Shown: piece by piece, positions 60,280 through 64,000 of the stretch
Layout of the letters: every line of letters starts with the position of its first letter
Position numbering within the stretch: position 1 is the first letter of the stretch
From: an uncultured delta proteobacterium
GTDB taxonomy: Bacteria; Desulfobacterota; Binatia; UBA9968
Assembly (NCBI GenBank): GCA_963745035.1
Contig: CAVUVW010000014.1
Span: 224,001-288,000 of the forward strand
Direction of reading: 5' to 3'
Length of the DNA: 64,000 bases
The notes under the pieces: model-generated
Databases searched by the model: none
What the model was told of the DNA's origin: nothing
Seen by the model: the letters and a program-made list of their open reading frames with translations, nothing else
Program-made: the position numbers and the translations under genes

Positions 60280-60294
60280 GCAAACCACGTACCA
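60280..60294 (-). promoter_or_regulatory. Putative sigma54 (-24/-12) promoter
   Basis: TGGTACGTGGTTTGC, near-consensus TGGCAC-N5-TTGC, 40 bp above ATG 60240. Confidence 0.65.
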
Positions 60295-60453
60295 ATCGTC
60301 GAATTTGGCATTTTTCGAGACTTTAAGGGTAGTGAACGTTTTTTGCGGCCCATGATGGGGAGAAAAAAGGTGTGGTCGGAAGCAAATTTTCGCTGATCGT
60401 TGTTCATTTATTTGCGGGTTCTCGATTGTGAAAACTGCGAGCAAGGCTTTCGA

Positions 60454-61680
60454 ATGAACCGTCGCAACTTCGCTCTCGTCTTGGCATTGTTTGTGAGCTG
60501 TGCGTTTGCGTCAGGCTGCCTGATCGATCGGATCGGCGGTGCGTTTTCCAAAGAGCCGGAGACGCTGCCGCAGCAGGCCAGCCCATCGGCGCGAACCTTG
60601 ATCGAGCAGGCGTTAAGCGGCATTGACCCGATGCACCGGGTTGATCATCACACTCATGTTTTGGCGATCGGTACGAGTGTTCCCGGTGCTTTCGTCAATC
60701 CGAAGATGCGCGCCGGAGTCAATCTCGAACGGATCAAGTTTTGGATCTACAAGAGCGCCGCGGGCATACATAACGACGAGAATGCCGACGAGGAATACGT
60801 CGCGCGGCTGCTTCGGTTGGCGCGCGCGGCCAAGCCGGGCCGATATCGCATCCTGGCTTTCGACAAACATTATAACGCCGACGGCACGGCGAATCTGGCA
60901 AAGACCAGGATGTACATTCCGAACGAGTACATTGTCGAGCTGGCGCGGCGCTATCCGGATGTTTTTCTGCCGGTTATTTCCGTTCACCCGTATCGGCGCG
61001 ATGCTTTGCAGGAGCTGGAGAAATGGACCAACGCCGGCGTACGCTATCTCAAGTGGCTGCCGAATGCGATGGGCATGGACCCGGCCGATCCGGCCATCGA
61101 ACCCTTCTATAAAAAAATGCGTGAATACAAAATGGTTCTGCTCTCCCATGCGGGAGAGGAGCAGGCCGTGGAAGCAGAGGAAGACCAGCGCCTGGGCAAT
61201 CCGCTGCGCTTGCGCAAGCCGCTGGATTTGGGCGTGCGCGTGATCGTGGCCCATGCCGCGAGCCTCGGCGAATGCGTCGATCATGATAGCGGCGCGGCGG
61301 ATAAGGCGGGTTGCTTCGATCTTTTTTTGCGGCTGATGGACGAGCCGAAATATGCCGGATTATTATTCGGCGAGATTTCCGCGATGCTCCAGTTCAATCG
61401 CATGCCCGTGCCGCTCGCCACGCTGCTCAAGCGGCAGGATCTGCATTCCCGGCTGGTCAACGGCAGCGACTATCCGCTGCCGGCGGTCAACTCGCTGATC
61501 TGGACCCGTTCCATGGCGCGCGCCGGCTTCATCACCGCGGAAGAGCGCCAAGCACTCAACGAAATCTACGACTACAACCCGCTGCTCTTCGACTTCGTCT
61601 TGAAACGCACCCTGCGCCACCCAGAAACGAAGCAGAAGCTCGCGCCCTCCATCTTCATGACTAATCCGGGGCTGGAGTGA
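60454..61680 (+). CDS. Amidohydrolase family protein, probable lipoprotein
   Basis: Signal peptide with ASGC lipobox; DHHTH, SVHPYR, KWLP, HAGEE, AH, GSDYP. Confidence 0.85.
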   Translation: MNRRNFALVLALFVSCAFASGCLIDRIGGAFSKEPETLPQQASPSARTLIEQALSGIDPMHRVDHHTHVLAIGTSVPGAFVNPKMRAGVNLERIKFWIYKSAAGIHNDENADEEYVARLLRLARAAKPGRYRILAFDKHYNADGTANLAKTRMYIPNEYIVELARRYPDVFLPVISVHPYRRDALQELEKWTNAGVRYLKWLPNAMGMDPADPAIEPFYKKMREYKMVLLSHAGEEQAVEAEEDQRLGNPLRLRKPLDLGVRVIVAHAASLGECVDHDSGAADKAGCFDLFLRLMDEPKYAGLLFGEISAMLQFNRMPVPLATLLKRQDLHSRLVNGSDYPLPAVNSLIWTRSMARAGFITAEERQALNEIYDYNPLLFDFVLKRTLRHPETKQKLAPSIFMTNPGLE

Positions 61681-61698
61681 CGGAAGGACCTGAAGGTT

Positions 61699-61785
61699 TG
61701 GAGTAATGGAGTGGTGGAGTATTGATCGATCCTTCGTCACTCCGATTCTTCTTACTGTTGCCTACTGCCAATTGCCTATTGCCTT
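61699..61785. repeat. Octamer TGGAGTRN x3 plus heptamer TGCCWAY x4 repeats
   Basis: tggagtaa tggagtgg tggagtat and tgcctac tgccaat tgcctat tgcctt between convergent genes. Confidence 0.72.
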
Positions 61786-61793
61786 CTTCATCA

Positions 61794-63020
61794 TCATCCC
61801 TTCACGCACACCACCTGGCGCAACGTATGCGCGATCTCGACTAGATCTTTTTGCGCGTTCATCACGTCATCGATGGGCTTGTAGGCCATCGGCGTCTCGT
61901 CGATCACCGCCGCATCCTTCCGGCATTCGACTCCGGCCGTCGCTTTGCAGTGGTCTTCGATCGAAAACCGCCGCTTGGCTTCGCCGCGCGACATCGCCCG
62001 GCCGGCGCCGTGGCTGCAGCTCTGAAAGCTTTCCGGATTTCCCAGGCCGCGGACGATGAAGGAGCGCGCGCCCATGCTGCCCGGAATGATTCCCAGATCG
62101 CCCTTGCGGGCGCGGACCGCGCCCTTGCGCGTGACCAAAACCATCGAGCCATAGTGTTCTTCGCGCGCCACGTAATTGTGATGGCAGTTGACCGCCGTTT
62201 CGGCGAGTGAAAACGGCGGCACTTCGCCCGACTCGGCTATCGCGTCGACCAACTGCTCCATCATCAGCTTGCGATTGTAGAGCGCGAACTCCTGTGCCCA
62301 GCTCACCGCGTCGAAGTAGTCTTCGAAGTGCTCGCTACCCTCCTGAAAATAAGCCAGGTCTTTGTCGGGCAAGTTCTTCAGGTGCTGGCGCATGTCGTTC
62401 TTCGCCATCTCGATGAAAAACATGCCGATGCGGTTGCCGACGCCGCGCGAGCCGCTGTGCAGCATGAACCAGACCTGGTCACTCTCGTCCAAACACACTT
62501 CAATGAAATGATTGCCGGTGCCGAGAGTGCCGAGATGATTCACATCGTTGCCCCGGTCGAGTTTCGGATACTTGTCGATGATCGCCTTGTAGCCGTTCTG
62601 AAGCTGGCGCCAGACGCCGATCTGCCGTTTCGGCAGCTCGCGCCACGCGCCTTTGTCCTTTCGCCCGCCGTTATCGGTCCGCCCGTGCGGGATCGCTCTT
62701 TCGATCGCCGTCCGAATGCCGCGCAAATTATCCGGCAACTGATTCGCGGTCAGCGTGGTCTGTACCGCCATCATGCCGCAGCCGATATCTACGCCGACCG
62801 CCGCGGGAATGATCGCGCCTTTCGTAGAAATCACGCTCCCCACCGTCGCGCCGATCCCCCAGTGCACATCCGGCATCGCCGCCACCCATTTATAAATAAA
62901 CGGTAGCCGCGCCACGTTGCGCAACTGCTTTTCCGCCTCCGCCTCGATCGCCACGCCTTTCGTCCAGGCTTTGATCGGCACGCCGTTTTCGGCTTCGATC
63001 AACTGATAGGGTTTCTCCAT
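61794..63020 (-). CDS. rtcB: RNA 3'-phosphate/5'-OH ligase RtcB
   Basis: MPDVH, VDIGCG, GTLGTGNHFIE, HSGSRG, HHN, SCSHGAGR, DETPMAYK. Confidence 0.96.
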   Translation of the reverse strand: MEKPYQLIEAENGVPIKAWTKGVAIEAEAEKQLRNVARLPFIYKWVAAMPDVHWGIGATVGSVISTKGAIIPAAVGVDIGCGMMAVQTTLTANQLPDNLRGIRTAIERAIPHGRTDNGGRKDKGAWRELPKRQIGVWRQLQNGYKAIIDKYPKLDRGNDVNHLGTLGTGNHFIEVCLDESDQVWFMLHSGSRGVGNRIGMFFIEMAKNDMRQHLKNLPDKDLAYFQEGSEHFEDYFDAVSWAQEFALYNRKLMMEQLVDAIAESGEVPPFSLAETAVNCHHNYVAREEHYGSMVLVTRKGAVRARKGDLGIIPGSMGARSFIVRGLGNPESFQSCSHGAGRAMSRGEAKRRFSIEDHCKATAGVECRKDAAVIDETPMAYKPIDDVMNAQKDLVEIAHTLRQVVCVKG

Positions 63021-63211
63021 AATTCAAGTCTAACGCAGCGGGGGACGTTGCTAAAGCCAAGCGGGCGCGGATCCGATAGTTCACTTCGTCCGCAAATTTG
63101 CTGTGAGGATGTCGGCGACTGGGCGAGCCCTGCTTTAATTCTCCTTGACGCTCCGCCTAAATCCGCCTATCAGTAAGGCGCGATGAATTGCTCCCTGGTA
63201 CAGCGAAGTCC

Positions 63212-64000
63212 ATGGTGATCCTGACACTCCGCAATGTGAGCAAAGTGTTCGGCAGTTCGGACAACGGGTCCGAGCAAGTTGTCGCCATGAGTGACGTGTC
63301 GCTCGACGTCAACGCGGGGGAGTTCTTTTCCATCATCGGACCCTCTGGGTGCGGCAAGTCCACGTTGCTGCGGATCATCGGCGGTTTGCTCGACGCTTCT
63401 TCGGGAGAATTGACGGTCGGCGGCGAGCCGGTCAAAGGGCCGCACCCCTGGGTTGGCATGGTCTTTCAGGAGGAATCGACGTTTCCCTGGCGCACGACTT
63501 TGGGCAATGTCGAATTCGGACTCGAAATGCGCGGTGTGCCGGTGAATGAAAGAAGAGCTAAAGCGCGCGAGATGATCCGGCTCGTCGGCCTGTCCGGCTT
63601 TGAAGAACGCTATCCGTCGGAGCTTTCCGGGGGCATGAAGCAGCGTGTCGCGATCGCGCGGGCGCTGGTCCTCGAACCGAAGATCTTGCTCATGGATGAG
63701 CCGTTCGGCGCGCTGGACGAGCAAACGCGCATCATTCTCGGCGAGGAGTTACTGCGTATCCAAGACGAGCTCAAGCAGACGATTATTTTAGTCACGCACA
63801 ATATCAACGAGTCGGTGCAACTCTCCGACCGTGTCATGATCATGACCGCTCGGCCTGGTCGCGTAAAGGAACTCGTGGCGATCGACTTGCCGCACCCGCG
63901 CGATTCTTCAATAATTGCTTCGGAACGATTTGGCCGTTTGGTCGCTCAGGTCTGGAATGCGCTCAGAGAGGAATCGATCAAGAGTTTCAAACAGACGGAA
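63212..64000 (+). CDS. ABC ATP-binding protein, nitrate/sulfonate type, runs off window edge
   Basis: Manual translation: GPSGCGKST, VFQE...FPWRT...NV.FGL, LSGGMKQR, MDEPFGALD, VTHNINE. Confidence 0.93.
   Translation, partial: MVILTLRNVSKVFGSSDNGSEQVVAMSDVSLDVNAGEFFSIIGPSGCGKSTLLRIIGGLLDASSGELTVGGEPVKGPHPWVGMVFQEESTFPWRTTLGNVEFGLEMRGVPVNERRAKAREMIRLVGLSGFEERYPSELSGGMKQRVAIARALVLEPKILLMDEPFGALDEQTRIILGEELLRIQDELKQTIILVTHNINESVQLSDRVMIMTARPGRVKELVAIDLPHPRDSSIIASERFGRLVAQVWNALREESIKSFKQTE

Noticed and set aside
63021-63211. tRNA or Y-RNA-like element beside rtcB
   Set aside because: No cloverleaf, T-loop GTTCGA or CCA end found on either strand

Overview
High-GC bacterial chromosomal segment whose gene content (many orphan NMT1/SsuA-type and Fe3+/polyamine-type solute-binding proteins, hydantoinase/oxoprolinases, Rieske dioxygenase, Mo-hydroxylase, cupins, amidohydrolases) resembles Candidatus Binatia / soil Deltaproteobacteria; the taxon is an inference only. 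It holds about 50 CDS, one complete IS1182-family element, several REP-like palindromes and short tandem-repeat hairpins. I saw no rRNA, tRNA or CRISPR array. More than a dozen single-base indels break otherwise intact genes and are most likely read or assembly errors. Best leads: (1) a translationally coupled operon of a polymerase-dead PolX-PHP, an uncharacterised protein and an internally deleted PPK2; (2) an IS1182 in the loop of a REP hairpin, plus a 150-bp MITE-like element carrying the same IS end around a REP palindrome; (3) a phnDCE-phnA operon with a Pho-box-like array; (4) an unannotated 56-aa membrane protein behind a sigma54 promoter; (5) a family of 7/8-mer tandem-repeat hairpins at operon junctions. 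None is shown to be a new system from sequence alone.
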